DNA from: Lepidodermella squamata
Taxonomy: Eukaryota; Animalia; Gastrotricha
Assembly (NCBI GenBank): GCA_047495785.1
Contig: JBLDXI010000055.1
Location: 1,240,001-1,304,000 of the forward strand
DNA: 64,000 bases
Direction of reading: 5' to 3'
Positions 27,384 through 40,814 of the stretch are shown here, one piece after another. The translations under genes were made by a program, and so were the position numbers. Position 1 is the first letter of the stretch. Every line of letters begins with the position of its first letter. Below the pieces are notes generated by a model. That model saw only the letters and a list, made by a program, of their open reading frames with translations, ran no database searches and had not been told where the DNA came from.

Positions 27384-28628
27384 ATGAATTGGCTGAAATC
27401 CAAGCTTGGAAAATCCAAAGACAAGGCTGCGGCAGCCAAAGACTCAAAGCCTGTTTTAGTAGCTTCTAGTCTTATTGAAAATGATCTCGATCAAATTAAT
27501 GAACTTATTCGTTTGTCAGAAAGTCAAAGGCCGTTGGAACTTCCTGCTCAAGATGAGGACGAACTGATTGCATTAGCCATTGATTCTGAAATCGAGGAGT
27601 ATCAAGCCCCTTTCTTCGCTGATAGCTTCTACTCTTTGGCCGGCACTGAAAGCGAATGGTTCCAACTGGCGGTTTCTACAATTGAAAGCGATAGTCACCG
27701 ACCAAGTGAAATGCCTCAGCTCATACAGACCATTACTGATATCATAAGGTCATGGCCTAATCTACTAGCAGAGCTGAGCAAAAATGGTTGTTCGCTTCTG
27801 CACATCTTCGTAATTCACCGGCTGCAACCTTTGACAGAACTTGCCCTTAGCATGGATGCAAAACTTTTACAGAAGGTTGATGGGATTTTTAATCTGATTG
27901 TCACATTTTTATCAATGAAATCTTAGGATTCTCTCGGGCGATTACCGTTACATTTTGCAGCGGCTAGCAACAATGCCGATGCAATTTCAGCCTTAGTCTT
28001 AACTTGGCAAATTCATCAGACTACTCAGTCCATTACCCCGAGTTGGATTAATGCTCCGGATTTATCTGGCTATACACCGCTCCATTACGCAACAGAAAAT
28101 TTAGCATTGAAGGCAGTGCAAAAATTGCTGGAGTTAAATGCGAATTTAGCGGCTCAGGACGATCATGGCCAGACACCGTTGCATGTTCTAGCAAAACAAT
28201 TGCACAATGACGCTCCCCATGAAGCGCGCCGATGTCTCAATAAAATCGCCGAGTTGCTCATGAAAGCATCGCGTGATCGCGGCCTGGTGCCGCCTGTGTG
28301 GGAAGTCACCCAGGAAACTGGTCTAACGCCAGCCGGACTGGCAAGTTACAGTGGATTCGTGGAAACAGCTCAATTTTTATTGGCGAAGGCTAATGAATTT
28401 ACATCGGGAAAGCCATCAGCGCCGGCGCTTACAGCTTCGATTGCTACGAGGATTTCTTCTTCTACACGGCTGCGGAATGAATGTTGCATTTGCGTTGATC
28501 AAGAAATCAATTGTTTATTGGAACCGTGCTCGCATTTGACGGTCTGCTCCGACTGTGCGGTGAAAATAAAAGACTGTCCGATTTGCCGATCGCCAATCGC
28601 AAATGTCAAACGAGTGTATCTACCATAG
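27384..28628 (+). CDS. Ankyrin-repeat protein with C-terminal RING-HC finger (putative E3 ligase); exons 27384-27875, 27927-28628
   Basis: Ankyrin motifs GCSLLHI, GRLPLHFAA, GYTPLHYA, GQTPLHVLA, GLTPAGLA; RING CCIC..LEPCSHLTVCSDCAVKIKDCPICRSPI..VYL of IAP/Mind bomb type. Confidence 0.88.
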
Positions 28629-28945
28629 CGTTAATTAGCATTGTCATTCGTCAAATTTTAGCTTTCGATTGCTATTGTATAGTATTTTCTAAAAAATACC
28701 GATAATGTATTATTATTGTGCGATAGAAGAACACTTAATGCTGCTATTATCCCTGCTGCGTGCGGGCTGGGTGCTCCAACTCCCTGCTGGGTCGGGGCAT
28801 TACGCTATTGAATTTTTCTAGTAATTTTTTCCATATGTAATTATAAAATAAAGGAAAGTATGCCTTTTCCCGTGATGTTTTAAATGATGTCCAGCAAATA
28901 ATTTCGGCGGGAACTTCGCTCTAAAGCTTATCCTGAGATTAAATT

Positions 28946-29468
28946 ATGGCTACAGCAGAATCTCCTTTGTTTGAGATTTTCCGCATTCCAGCAAGTTTTG
29001 AATTTGGCTGCCCATTCCCGACAGCCAAGTTTCCGGACAGCTATATCTCCCGAAATTTTCTATTCGCGAGCATCAATGGCCTCGACCAACTCGAGGCATG
29101 CGTTCAGTCAGCCTGTGAAGTTCTGCCAGATGGCGGGGCCCTGGTTTTCGGCGTTCAAGGCGCACGTAGGCTCGTCAAAGGGTTTGTTTTCCACTCAAAT
29201 AAGTCGGAAGTCACGTTCCGAAATACACTTTACGAAACTGCGAATCGTAACGGCAGAATAGCTTTGGTAATTATTTTGAACGGAGAACCAGTTCGATACG
29301 TTAATCCAACTATTTATTTCAGATAAGTTTCGTCCCGCTCATAGACTACCCACCCAAGGTATGCGCAATAGTGTTCCTGCCTTATCGCCACCGGCCGGAG
29401 ACACCGATTCTGATAAACACCCAACCTTTGACTTGCAGCTGCTGCGCTTTCGCCCAGAGAATGCCTGA
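28946..29468 (+). CDS. Small divergent Schlafen/AlbA_2-like domain protein (3' end uncertain: stop at 29468 or ~29517)
   Basis: ACEVLPDGGALVFGVQGARRLVKGF resembles the AlbA_2 core (CAFLNxxGGxLxxGVxDxxxVxG); intron 29267-29322 gives IAL|ISFVPL. Confidence 0.45.
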
Positions 29469-29936
29469 GTTATTGCCGACGAAGCATCAACAACGGGCAG
29501 CTTTTTTCAACTGCTAGCAAAATAATTGTATATATGGCAGAATGCGTTAGTATTTTCTAGTAGTTCAAGACGTGTTTCTGTTGAAATAAATCCAGAAAAA
29601 TATCAATCGAGCTTCAATTTTGCCCGTACAATGAAAGGTTTGTAAGCCGTTGCCAATGCCGAAATTTGGATTTCGGTGGCTCTTGCAGGGTTCATAGAGA
29701 AAATTTAGTCGTCTGGACTGGACTAGCCCTAAACCGGACGATTTCGCCTAGAGCTATCCTAGTCCTGTTTACTATCACTGAATATAGTCAGTGACCACCT
29801 GTCATTATTACAGGTGGATCCGGTATCCAATGGTTTTTCACAGAAAGAAATGAATTATGGTCCGTTTATTTATTTTTCAAAACTTTTCAGCAGTTTAAAT
29901 AGCATCATTATCGTGCAATGTCCGTCGCATAATTTA

Positions 29937-32369
29937 TCAAAACTGCCGTCGTTTTCTGTCAGCCAGATCACGCCGGTTGTGATTCCCCACGCTAGCCTTG
30001 TGCCTTTCCTTCCGCATTCTTTGCACGTCCTCAGGTAACGGCTCTTGCTGTCCCTGCTGTTGTTGCCCATCATCAGCCTGTTCTTCTTCATTTCGACTCG
30101 CAGCAAGAGGCCGCGCGTCGTTTCTGGCGGTTTTCGGCCGTTGTTGCTGTTGCTGCTGTTGCTGGTAGTAAGTACCCTTCGAAACAGCATCTTCGATTTT
30201 GTGCCGATCTCGACTTGCGCCTTTGAACCCGCGCGTATCGCCTATACGCGGGCCGGGCCTTTCGTTTTCACCAGGCGGAGCATTCACAGGAGGCCCGCTC
30301 GCTCGACCGCGGCCGCCGCCCCTCGCCCCGAAATTGCCACCTCGGCCACCCGCGTAATACGATGTTTGACCCCTTTGATAAGGCTGTTGCTGCTGTTGCT
30401 CTGCTTCCTCGTCTTCGTCGTCATCTTCGTCGTTTTCCGTCGATTCATTGACCCGCTCAGCGCCGATCGCCAAAACTCGAGGCACAACGAACGCGCGCCG
30501 CCTCATTAATTCGTCACCGGCTGAGCCCTGAGGACCGACTGCTCCCTCGTTGTCGTCATAGGTGTCGTCATACTCGTCGTCATACTCCATTTCCGGCACT
30601 GTTACATTCACCCAGTTACTTGGCATGTTCGGATTCGACGCCGGTACCTCCGTTGGTTTCGGCGCAGTGGATTCGGTCACAACAGTGGCAAATTTATTGT
30701 AAAATTGCTTCATATCCTTGATTTCGCTTTTATCAAGAACAGTATCGCGTTTCCCGATATGAACGGCCGCTGTTGCTGCCTCGATGTTGTCACTCGTGAA
30801 CTCGTAATTATTATCGTCGTTCACTTCCTGTTCCTCGCTCAGATCTGGAGGCAAGTTGTTGTCGAGCATAGCCTGCACCAACGCATCGGCGTTGTACTCG
30901 AACCTAGCCAAACACCTGACGACAAATTTTTCATTCAAATCAGCGCCCATGACTCCGTTTACGAGCTGCACCATCGCATCGATTTCAGCCTTCGACGGGC
31001 CTCCACTCGCAGCAGGCTTGGCGGTGTTTTGAACGGGCACAGGTCGAGGCGGTGATTTCTTGCGCGGATTTTCGGCCTGTTGGAACTTCTTTTTCGCTTC
31101 AGAGACTGCCGACGACACGTAGTCTTTACAAGATCGATCAACATTATTACCACAATTCTTCTCTAGCAACGCTAAATCCGCTGAGATGGAATGCAACTGG
31201 TCGAGAAGCCAGATGAATCTATGATGCCCGGCTACTGTTGTTAGCGCACTGAAATACAATTCGGGATGGAAACTATCAGGCGCTCGGAGGGAAGTTGCGC
31301 CAACCAGCGCATGGAACGTATTGACAATCCTGACTTCGGTCGCCGCCGCAATTCTGAGCAGAGTTTCCGCGTCGATCAAAGAACAGTTGGCTCTATCGCA
31401 CGATATTTTACCGGCTAGTTTTGTCAAATGAGCAATCAAAGGTTGGAGGGTCGAGTCGGCGAATTCAGCACAGTACGACAGCAAAGTCGGACAGTTTTCT
31501 TGAACAATCTCAGCCGCTGATGGGTAGACCTTCACAAATGTTTCCAACGTCGAAAACGTATCGAATGAAAACACAACCATGTCACTAATTTGAGCCAGCA
31601 GGTATCTATCATCATGGTTCTAAAATTGAAAAAAATAACTATACAGCTTAATCGATTTTATGTCCAGTTCAATTACTTTGACAAGTGAAAGATCGTCGAG
31701 TTTCGAGGCCAATTTGCGAAGGGCGATTTCGGTAGACGAAAACGCCGTCGCTAGATCTTCGGCGTATCTCGGTTGGCAGTTGAACATGGATTCCAACATT
31801 TTAGTCAGCAAATTGCCGTTACTTCGCCCGTACAGAGCGACAGTGTCGAAAAACATTGGCACGGACCATATCCGTTTGTCATATATCATTTCGCCGAATT
31901 TCGGCGGGGGTAGAAAATTCTCGCGATCTTTATCCTTCACACTGCTACTGGTGTCTTTATTTGTTGCCAGTCGGATGAGGGTGAGAAAAACAAGGCGATT
32001 CACAGATTGCAGTAGGCTCAATGTTTCAGTGTCTTCAGGAAGCCGTTCAAACTCAAACCAGTGTCGAGGTGAAAACCGCAGGAATGAATCGATACTCCTT
32101 AGAATCGACTTCTCAGACACAACAAGATTCCAAAATGATGGCGTGTCTAATTGCAGTAGCTTATGTAAATCTAAGGAAATCATTTCCATTCGATGTTTGA
32201 ACTCGCTCATCGGAATGTCAGGTCCAAGCGGGCGGAATAAAACCATTGAAATGCCGCTATCACTGGCATCTGAATTCAAGGACATGCCGTTATTTGAGCT
32301 GGTTGATTTCGTTGGCACGAAGCCGGGTGGAGCAGCTGTCGCGCTGGAAAGCGATCGGGCTGTTGCCAT
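29937..32369 (-). CDS. ASCC2: Activating signal cointegrator 1 complex subunit 2; exons 32369-31677, 31619-29937
   Basis: SIDSFLRFSPR, LVFLTLIRLATNK, FFDTVALYGRSN, CUE domain (FVVRCLARFEYNADALVQAMLDNNLPPDL), EYDDEYDDTYD, C-terminal HKASVGNHNRRDLADRKR. Confidence 0.93.
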
Positions 32370-33059
32370 AATTTATTCAAAAATAGGTCGCCTAAAACAT
32401 TATAGCCCATATTTTAACCCAATATGACTTCATTTGTCTCGAAGTATCAGTTATTATATTGTGGTAATGCACGCACCTTCCGACTCACTTCAAATACAAT
32501 TTATACGAATAATTTATAATTTTGCGGTGAACACATAAAATAGAAATGGACATAGATTTGCGCATTTTTTGTCAGCAAATTAAATATTTTGCAGTTGTTT
32601 ACATTTCATCGATTATATATGATTTCTTATAATACATTATTACATCAGACACGAACATAAGTGTAAATCGGGTCCTTTAGCGGAAATGATATAGTAATCT
32701 TTAAGTCACAGCCAAGTTTTTTGTTGCGTTTAGAACATACAGACATCGCACCAACAAATTAGACGCATATTTTCAAGCCAACAACGCATTTTTCAAGGAA
32801 GTCAAGAGGCGCTAATTTAATTCGCTCCGAGAAATGAAAGACTTGTCAAGCATATTATTATTCAGTTATAAGTTCGGTCGAATTCAAATACACAGCAGCA
32901 AAGCAGCAGCTGAATTTGAAGGGATTTGAAAGTCCGGTAAAAGGCCAAGATCCATGCTAGGTTCTTATCTCAGATCGATATAAAAGCGCGTCCGACCAAC
33001 AACCAAAGGCATCATTTTTTTTTAAGAGTACCGTCACCACCCAGGCAAAAGCCGGTAGA

Positions 33060-36000
33060 TTAGAGCCACCTCCTCGGCTAAAAAAATATGCAAATTTAGC
33101 GAAAAATGCAAAGCAAGAAAGCAAGCAAAATCATCTCCTTACACCGTTCTTGGAGTCTTCGCGCGCGCTGATTTCAGCCATTTGATCGTCCGTGAACCGC
33201 ATGACAGTGGCGATGACCTTCCACAGCACATGCGTTTCCCGCCCAAGCATATATTCGAGCAAAATGTTGCGCAAATATTCGTATTCAGTGGCCTCATGCA
33301 GCTGCAACGCCATCCCGCCATTACTTAGCCCGGGCGATGAAACTGAACCGGCCAGCACCGAAGACTGCGATGGGGTGAAATAGGGTGTGGCCTCGAAGCT
33401 AGACTTTCCGTTTCTGGCCGGTGTTCCTGCACCGCCAGATCGCGTCGAATCGAGCAGGTCGGATAGACGTTTCAGCTCCTGAACCATTTGCTCGCGATCT
33501 CGACGAGCCGACTCGATTTCTTCATTCATATGCTGACGCTCGACGACCCATTGTTTTGTCTCGTTTCTGAACTCCTCCATCAACCCATCAACTTCAGCCT
33601 GGTGCTTTTCGCTCTGAGACTGCATCCGCGTTGACGCCTCCTGGCGTAGCTCAGTAGCTTGATCTCGAAGCTGCTTTTCGTACCTTCAAATAATACAAGA
33701 GCAAAGTAAATGAGAAAAAATCAAAGATTCAAAATACTCACATTACAACAAGCTGCTCCACGGCAGCATTTTTCTCGGATAATTCACGTTCCAGAGTCCT
33801 CAGTTGGCGCTCGGGGTTCTCGTGGCTACTCCGAGCATTATCCGCCACCGTCAGTTTGGCTATTTGCTTTTCTCGTTCGGCTAGCTGTCGTTCGAAATCA
33901 CCATAGGCTCGCTTCATTTCATACCGAATGCGCTGTTCTGTATCCGCCTTCTCTTTCTCGTGAGTAGCAGTCATCCGTTCGACTTCAGCCTCATGCTTCC
34001 TCACAGTGTCACTCAACTCAAGCTCCAACTCGGCAATTTTGATTTCTTTATCAGCCACGGTTTTCGTGACCAGCTCAATGCGGCCCGTCAAATCAGCAAT
34101 AGTAGTTTGAAGGTCGCTAATAGATGGCACCGTAGGGTCTGTTGAAGGCTCACTGGACAAAGCCAGCGACGACTTCAAAACATCGATCTCCGACAAACTG
34201 CTGGCTAATTGTTTCTCAAGTTCGCACTTTTCGTCACCGATGAGTTTCAGCTTCTTAGCAGATTGAGTTTTCAGCGCCGCAAATCTCTGCTGAGCCTCCT
34301 CTGCAGTTTTTCGAAATGAATCAAGTTCAGTTTTGAGTTTGCCAACCAACTCCTGGCTCAGGGTCATTTTGTTTCGGCATTCAACAAGCTCCATTTCCAG
34401 GGTTGCGCATTTGCCCTTCAGCTCGTCTGTGAGTTTATTCGCCCGGCCGATTTCTGATTGGTATTGATCCTGCGCAACTTCTGCCTTGGACTTCAACTCT
34501 GAATATTCAGCTTCTACAGCGGTCAATTTGGTTTCCAGGCGGCGAAGTTCGATGGTGGAGGTAGTCAGGTCTTCGCTGAGTTGGTTCTTTTCTTCAGTTA
34601 AATGCTTCTCTCGCTGAGCGACTTCAGTCAACACAAAAGCATGTTCCTTCTGCAGAAAATTGATTTCATTACTCAGCTGGTGGTAATCTCTGGAGGCTGC
34701 TGAAGATTTCTCACGTTCGCTGGCCAAGTGCTCGTTAGCCTCTTTCAGCAATTGCTCCGTAGAATTCAGTTTCTCTGTCAACTTTTCAACAGCGCTCTCG
34801 AGTTCGCCGATTCGCCGAATCGCCCCTGATTCATTAGAATCGAGCGCTTGCTGTAACTGATTTGCATTAGCGGTCACATGGCCAAGTTTGGCTTGCAATT
34901 CGCCGATTTCGGTTCTCAAAGATGAAATCAGCTCTTCGTCGCGTTTACCGGCTTCTAAATGTTTGTTTTCAGCAGTTTTAAGCTCAGCTCGAATGGCATC
35001 AAGCGAAGAGGAAATGGCTTCCTTTTCTTTCGAGACGATATCAAGCTGAGACTTCATGTTATTGAACGAGTCTATAACAGCTGATGTGATATCGCCCAAT
35101 CCGGTGATATCTCCCGACACTAATGCACCGAGGCGTTTGGACTCCGCTTCCATCTCAGCCTTACATGTCGTCAATTCGGTCTTGAATTGCTTGCCCTTGC
35201 CAACCAGCGATTGAAGCCGCTCGGTCTTTTCGCCCAGCTGTTTTTGTAGAGCATCGTTGCTATTTTTGAGCTGGGCTACTGCGGCAGTTTCACTCTTCAA
35301 TTGCTCACTCAACGACTGAGCGAGTGATGATTGCTCATCCAACTGTTTGGTCAAGGTCTCATTAGTAGTACGCAGTGTTGCTAATTCTTCTGAAGCAACA
35401 CTAGCCCTTTGAGAGGCAGCAGACTCCAGGTCTTTTATTTGAGACTCTCGTTGATTCATCTCCCCTTTCAAGTGAGATAATTCATTCTGGAGCGACTCCA
35501 GCTGAGCTTTGGTATCGGCCAACTCCGAGCAATTCGCTTCAAGAGACGCAATTTTCGAGTCTTTCTCCGTTACTTGACTGCTAAGTGAATCGAGTTCCGA
35601 GCGGAGATTCGCGACTAAATTGGACTCCTGTTGAGAGAGCGAAGAGGCCTGAGACTCCAGAGCCTGAATGCGAGCAGAGCTTTCAGCCAACTGTTTCTCA
35701 AGATCCTCTTTAATCGCACGATACGCATTAGCTTCTTCAACGTTTTGCCTCAGTTGTTGACAATCGGCTGAAAGGCGTTCAATTTCTTTCTCCTTATCTG
35801 CGACTTGCTGGGTTATGGACTGAATTGACTGCTGTAGCGACGAAATATTGCTGGACTTAAGGGCATTTTCTGATTCAAGCTCTTCGATTTGCTTCGATTT
35901 TTCATTGAGCTTCGATTCTAGGCTGTCGCGATCGTGCCTCAACGATTGGAGATCGCCAAGTTCGCTGAGGATACTTTGATCTTTTGACTCCAAGGCTTGA

Positions 36001-38162
36001 ATTTGAGCATTCAAATCCGCTAGTTTTTGGTTTAACGAATCGTTTTGTCCGCGCAAAGATTGTAAGTCTCGTTCTAACGCCTCACGAACATCTTGTGCGG
36101 CTTGCTTTCGCTCAGTTTCAACACGCTTCTCGACTTCTGACTTGGTTTTCGTTAGGATTAATCCATTTTCCAACAAAAATCCGACGACGTCATCAAGCGA
36201 GTCAACATTCGGCAGATCACGATGGCCGTCAACCGCGCCTTTGACCCGGCCCCATATCCTTTCCAGTTCAGCTTTCCTTTCTGACTGCTCCTTTTCACGC
36301 TCTTCAACTTCAAGTCCATTTCGCTTTAGATCGTATTCCTCGCGAATTTTCTTAATTTCAGCGTAATGTTGAGCTTCCATTTCACGACGGCATTGACTGA
36401 CGGCTTGTTCAACATCGGCAGTCACTTGTAAATTCAACTGCTCGTTAGCGCTGCGAAGTTGCTCGACTTCAAGCGTTCGGCGATGCAAATTCATCCTAGC
36501 GGAGTCCAGCTCGTTTGACAATTGAGAAATGCGAGTCTATAAATGGATATAAATAAACGGTTCAGAAACAAAGATCTAAATAAAAACTACCTGAACTGCT
36601 TCCAGATCTTCGTCATGTTTCGTATCAGCTGCCTTTTTCGCTAGCCAACTTTCTTCGAGAGCTAACTTGGATTGCTCCATAGTTTCAGCGAACTTTTGAT
36701 GACATGCAGCTTCAACATCTTGAATCTAATAAAAAAATGTTTCAAAATAGTGTTTTCGAAAGATTAAGAACAAAGAATAGTTACCTTGGCTTCTGCTTCT
36801 TTTTCCCAAACTTTCCGCAGTTCACTAGCACGCCGATCAAAATCTGCCTGTAAAGCTTCACATGCTGCATCTTTCGCTTTGCTGACTTCCTGAATCAGCT
36901 GCATCTTTTCGGCCTCAACGCGCTTTTCGATCGCGTTCAGATTATCGCGAAGTTTCATGTTTTCTGCTTTCACGCCATTTATCACGCCGACAAGCTCCTC
37001 TGAGTGCTTCTTTGCACCTTCGAGATCGGCCCGGACCTGTTCCACCTGGGCACGACAGCTTTTCAACTCGACATCGCGCTCCTCCAACAGGTTATGGAAG
37101 CTGCGTTTGCATTCTGCTAAAGCCAGAGAATGTATGGTTTCTTTTTCGGACATTTGTTTCTTCAATTCCATAACTTTCTCGCTGGCAAGCTTTACCCCTT
37201 CTTCAAACTTGTTTTTCTCAGACTGAAGCGATTCAACCAATGCATTTAGCCGATCTTCGTTCGCTTTACTTGCATTGTTGCCGGTTATTTGAGCAGCAAG
37301 GCTTGCCTCAAGTTCAGTAATCCTCAGTTGCAAACTTTCCACTTCGGACTAAAAAGTTGAGCACGAATGAAAATTCACCGGCATATACAACGAATAAAAT
37401 TACCGGTTGGGCTTGACTGTTCGATTTTTCCTCCTCCAGTACATTGAGCTTTTGATGGCATTTGTCAAGCTCCAAACGAACAAGCTTCTCGCTTTCCTAA
37501 TGGTACGCACAATTTTTAAATTGAAAAATCAGCAGGTGCCTCATTTATTCTGTTACTTTTAATTCTGCAATTTTCTTGAAGGCTCGATCCTGAGATTTCG
37601 CCAAGCCGTCCTTGATTTTCGCATTTTGCTTTTCCAACTCTTTATAAGCTGTCAGTAAATCTTGGTATCTGAACTTTGCGTTATTCAGCTTGAGACGAGA
37701 CTCCCTCACCAGACTCGAATAAACGTCTTGTGGCGAAAGATCAGAGGAAAGTTGGGGGAAGGATCCCTCTTCCAGATCAAAAGTTCCCACATCAAAATCG
37801 ATGTTTGGCATCGGAGAGTCATTAATGAATTGACTTGTAGATATCATCGACATATCGCTGACCATAGAGCTGACCGAGGATTGCCTTGAGAGTTGCCTGC
37901 CCGGTACAACTACCGCCGAGGCATTCTAAACAAGATAAGTATTGCAAGCAACAAAGTTGACAGAGCATCTCATTTACATCTTGTGAAACTGAAGATTCGC
38001 TGATACTGTGTAAGTGGTCATCATTTTGCACCTACGTAAACGAATTTGAATATAGTGTTTATTCACATGAATTAAAAATACTTTTGATTTCGAACGGTCC
38101 TGTCCCGCCGATGACCGCTGATTTCCGCTAGTAGATGTTTTCTCCTTCAGCTTCGCAAACAT
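33060..38162 (-). CDS. GOLGA4: GRIP-domain golgin (golgin-245/GOLGA4 ortholog), multi-exon long coiled coil
   Basis: N-terminus MFAKLKEK; RYQDLLTAYKELEK..SQDRAFKKIAELK; >1000 aa of coiled coil; GRIP domain TEYEYLRNILLEYMLGRETHVLWKVIATVMRF; last exon 33077-33060 gives PRRWL-stop. Confidence 0.88.
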
Positions 38163-39481
38163 CTTAAAATCCAACAATCAGTGGATCTGCGGAATACCAA
38201 GGTTGGCTATTTTTCACTATGAATCAGGTTAACCTATAGATGGATGAAAGAGATAATAAGAATTCTATAACTTCATAAAATTTGGAATTTTAATCGACGT
38301 TACATTAGCACATTTATGACGCAACTAAAGACAACAGAAATGGTGAAAAATAACTATTTGAATTCTCAATCGCGCGACAAATCATATCATGCAACTAAAC
38401 AAAATTGAATACAGCATTTGAGCATATTACAATCAGCTTTCATAAAATTATCTTGACAAATTCCAGGTTAAATTCAATACAAATCAGACGGCTCAATCGG
38501 CACGCCCGAGGGATATATGTAGTATTCTAAAAAGCATATTATTCGATTTTCCAAACCAACTAGTTTACAGCGAAAAGGTTTTGAAAGCAGTCAGAAACCT
38601 TAAGAAAATATTATTGCGCAAAACACCTATTTTCAGCTGATGGCTGCAAGCACGGAACATTTTTATTTTGGGCAATTCTGGCACACGAAGACAATTTGCA
38701 AATTGCATTATGTTATCGTGACACGATTCAGTTATAATATTTGAAAAAGCGAACGGCCAAGAATCAAGAAAAAAATCTCTGATCCTAAAGGCCTCATTCA
38801 TGATTGGCGATTGGCTCATCAATATTCCCAATAAACCGCGTGATTTGTTGCTTTTTTTAACCGGATTCCTGACTACAATTATAGGATATAATATCGAAGT
38901 TGAATGAGCAAGGAGACCACAGCTAAGCGTTGAAGTTAAAGGGGGCAGAGGGCAGCATCCTCTGTCCTCATTGTAATCAAAACTTATCTATCATCAATAA
39001 TCTTGTACCGACAACAACAGTTGCCGATACCACAGCTATCGCAATATATTCAACAAGCCTAAACTCTCAACGAATATCTGAATGGCACTACGACATGATG
39101 CAATAAGTAGAGTAAAAGCGGCAACATGTACATATCTAGCCTAACCTGCGAATTGCGCATGGGTAACCCAAGCCCAAATAAATCCGAATTATGGAGATTG
39201 CGCTTGAAAATCGAATGACTGATCTCAGCGATCAGCCAATATTTACACATTGTCTGGTTTCTAGTTGAGAGAGGTTAAAATGTTCAGTCGAAAGACCGGC
39301 GAAATCTCAGCCGTGATGATTAACATATATTTTATTCACACCCGCCAAACTTTCAATTGATCGCCAAACTACAAAAATTGCTAAACAAAGAAATAGCATA
39401 GATACAATAAATTATAATAATTTAATACTAGACAACTAATATTTGAAAAAATCATTTTCTACATTTATTCACGGCATAATA

Positions 39482-40246
39482 ATGGCTTGCTTAGAGATGG
39501 TACTGGTTCCACTCTGCGTTCATTCATTATTCTAGTGGTATTAGTGTATGTACTACGCTTTGGGTTATACCGAACCAGAGCCTCCGTCAAACTCATCGAC
39601 AGTTGGAGATCAACACTCACCCACCGGTCATCGATTGCATTTGAGCTTGGAAGAATTGGGAGACATGAATCCCTTTGGAAATCCTTTCGACAAAGTTAAG
39701 GAATTGGGCAGCAAGGTTACCTCAAGCTTGCCTTTCGGGAATAAAGGTGCGGAGGGAGAAGGAGCTGTCATTCAAGATGCCAGTGCTGCTCAAGCAGATT
39801 TCCAACAAGACCCTCAAGCTAGTCCATCTTTTTTCGGAAAAGTGGCGGCTATGAATCCGGTTAAAAATATTGGATCTAAGGTGGGTGGCTTATTCCAACA
39901 AAGTCCAACCGCTGCTCCGGCGACGGACCCTAATTTCCCTCAACAACAAGCACCTCAAGCATACGATCAGCAGCAGCAAGTTTATGACCCGATGATGCAG
40001 CAGCAAGATCCCATGGCGCAACAACAGATGATGCAACAGCAACAATATCAAGGGCAGCAACAGCCTCCCATGCCTGGGGATGTTCCTCAATCAGATGTCC
40101 CCGCATCTGGCCTTGACAAGCTGAAAAATTTTGGCGCTGGAATTTTCAACTCTGGCAAGCAGCTGGGCGGTTCGGTCTTCGAATCAACTACAAATGCGAT
40201 TGGTTCTATTAAAACTTCTGTCGAGGATAAAATTAGCAAGCGTTGA
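39482..40246 (+). CDS. Uncharacterised Gln-rich protein with NPF motifs and amphipathic repeats (possible micro-exon 39482-39499; main ORF 39548-40246)
   Basis: 232-aa ORF with protein-like composition; MNPFGNPF, K(E/N)(L/I/F)G-type repeats, QQQ/DPM repeats; optional intron 39500-39544 gives MACLEM|CMYYALG. Confidence 0.7.
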
Positions 40247-40814
40247 TGTTATCAATTATGACATGGAATTTGAATTGTTATAATTTATAGCTCGAGGCTT
40301 AATGGCTGCCATATTTGTTCTGATACATTTCCTATTTCTTTGGTAACCTTCTAGTCGGTTTAATATATAAGCATTGAGGGCAATGGCAATGTTGTTTTAT
40401 GTGATAATAGTTGTATTTGTGTTACAATATGCTAACTGATCGATGCGATGAGTATGCTTTTACGGCAAAATGAAACTCATTGTCTACTATTCAAGTATTT
40501 ATGACATCTAATCGTCCGTTCGGCAAAATTTTCTCCCGATTGATTTTCTTGCGTTGGTGCCATGTGACTAGCTTTTTCATGTTTTCAACGAGCAAGGGAA
40601 ACTTGAAGTTGAGCGGACATATCTTGTGATGGTGACGAAATCTCTGCCTTGATCTCATTTTCAACATCATCGAAGCCATATTATTATACTGTATTATAAA
40701 CTTTTACACCATATTTTTGGTTATTTGCCGTGTTGTTTTGTTTCAAGTAAAGTTCAGCTTCAATTGAATGTCTCTTTCTATTTTTAGATATTACTTGCGT
40801 GACTTTATTTAATA

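Noticed and set aside
30045-32427. Plus-strand ORFs of 116-255 aa
   Set aside because: Antisense shadows of ASCC2.
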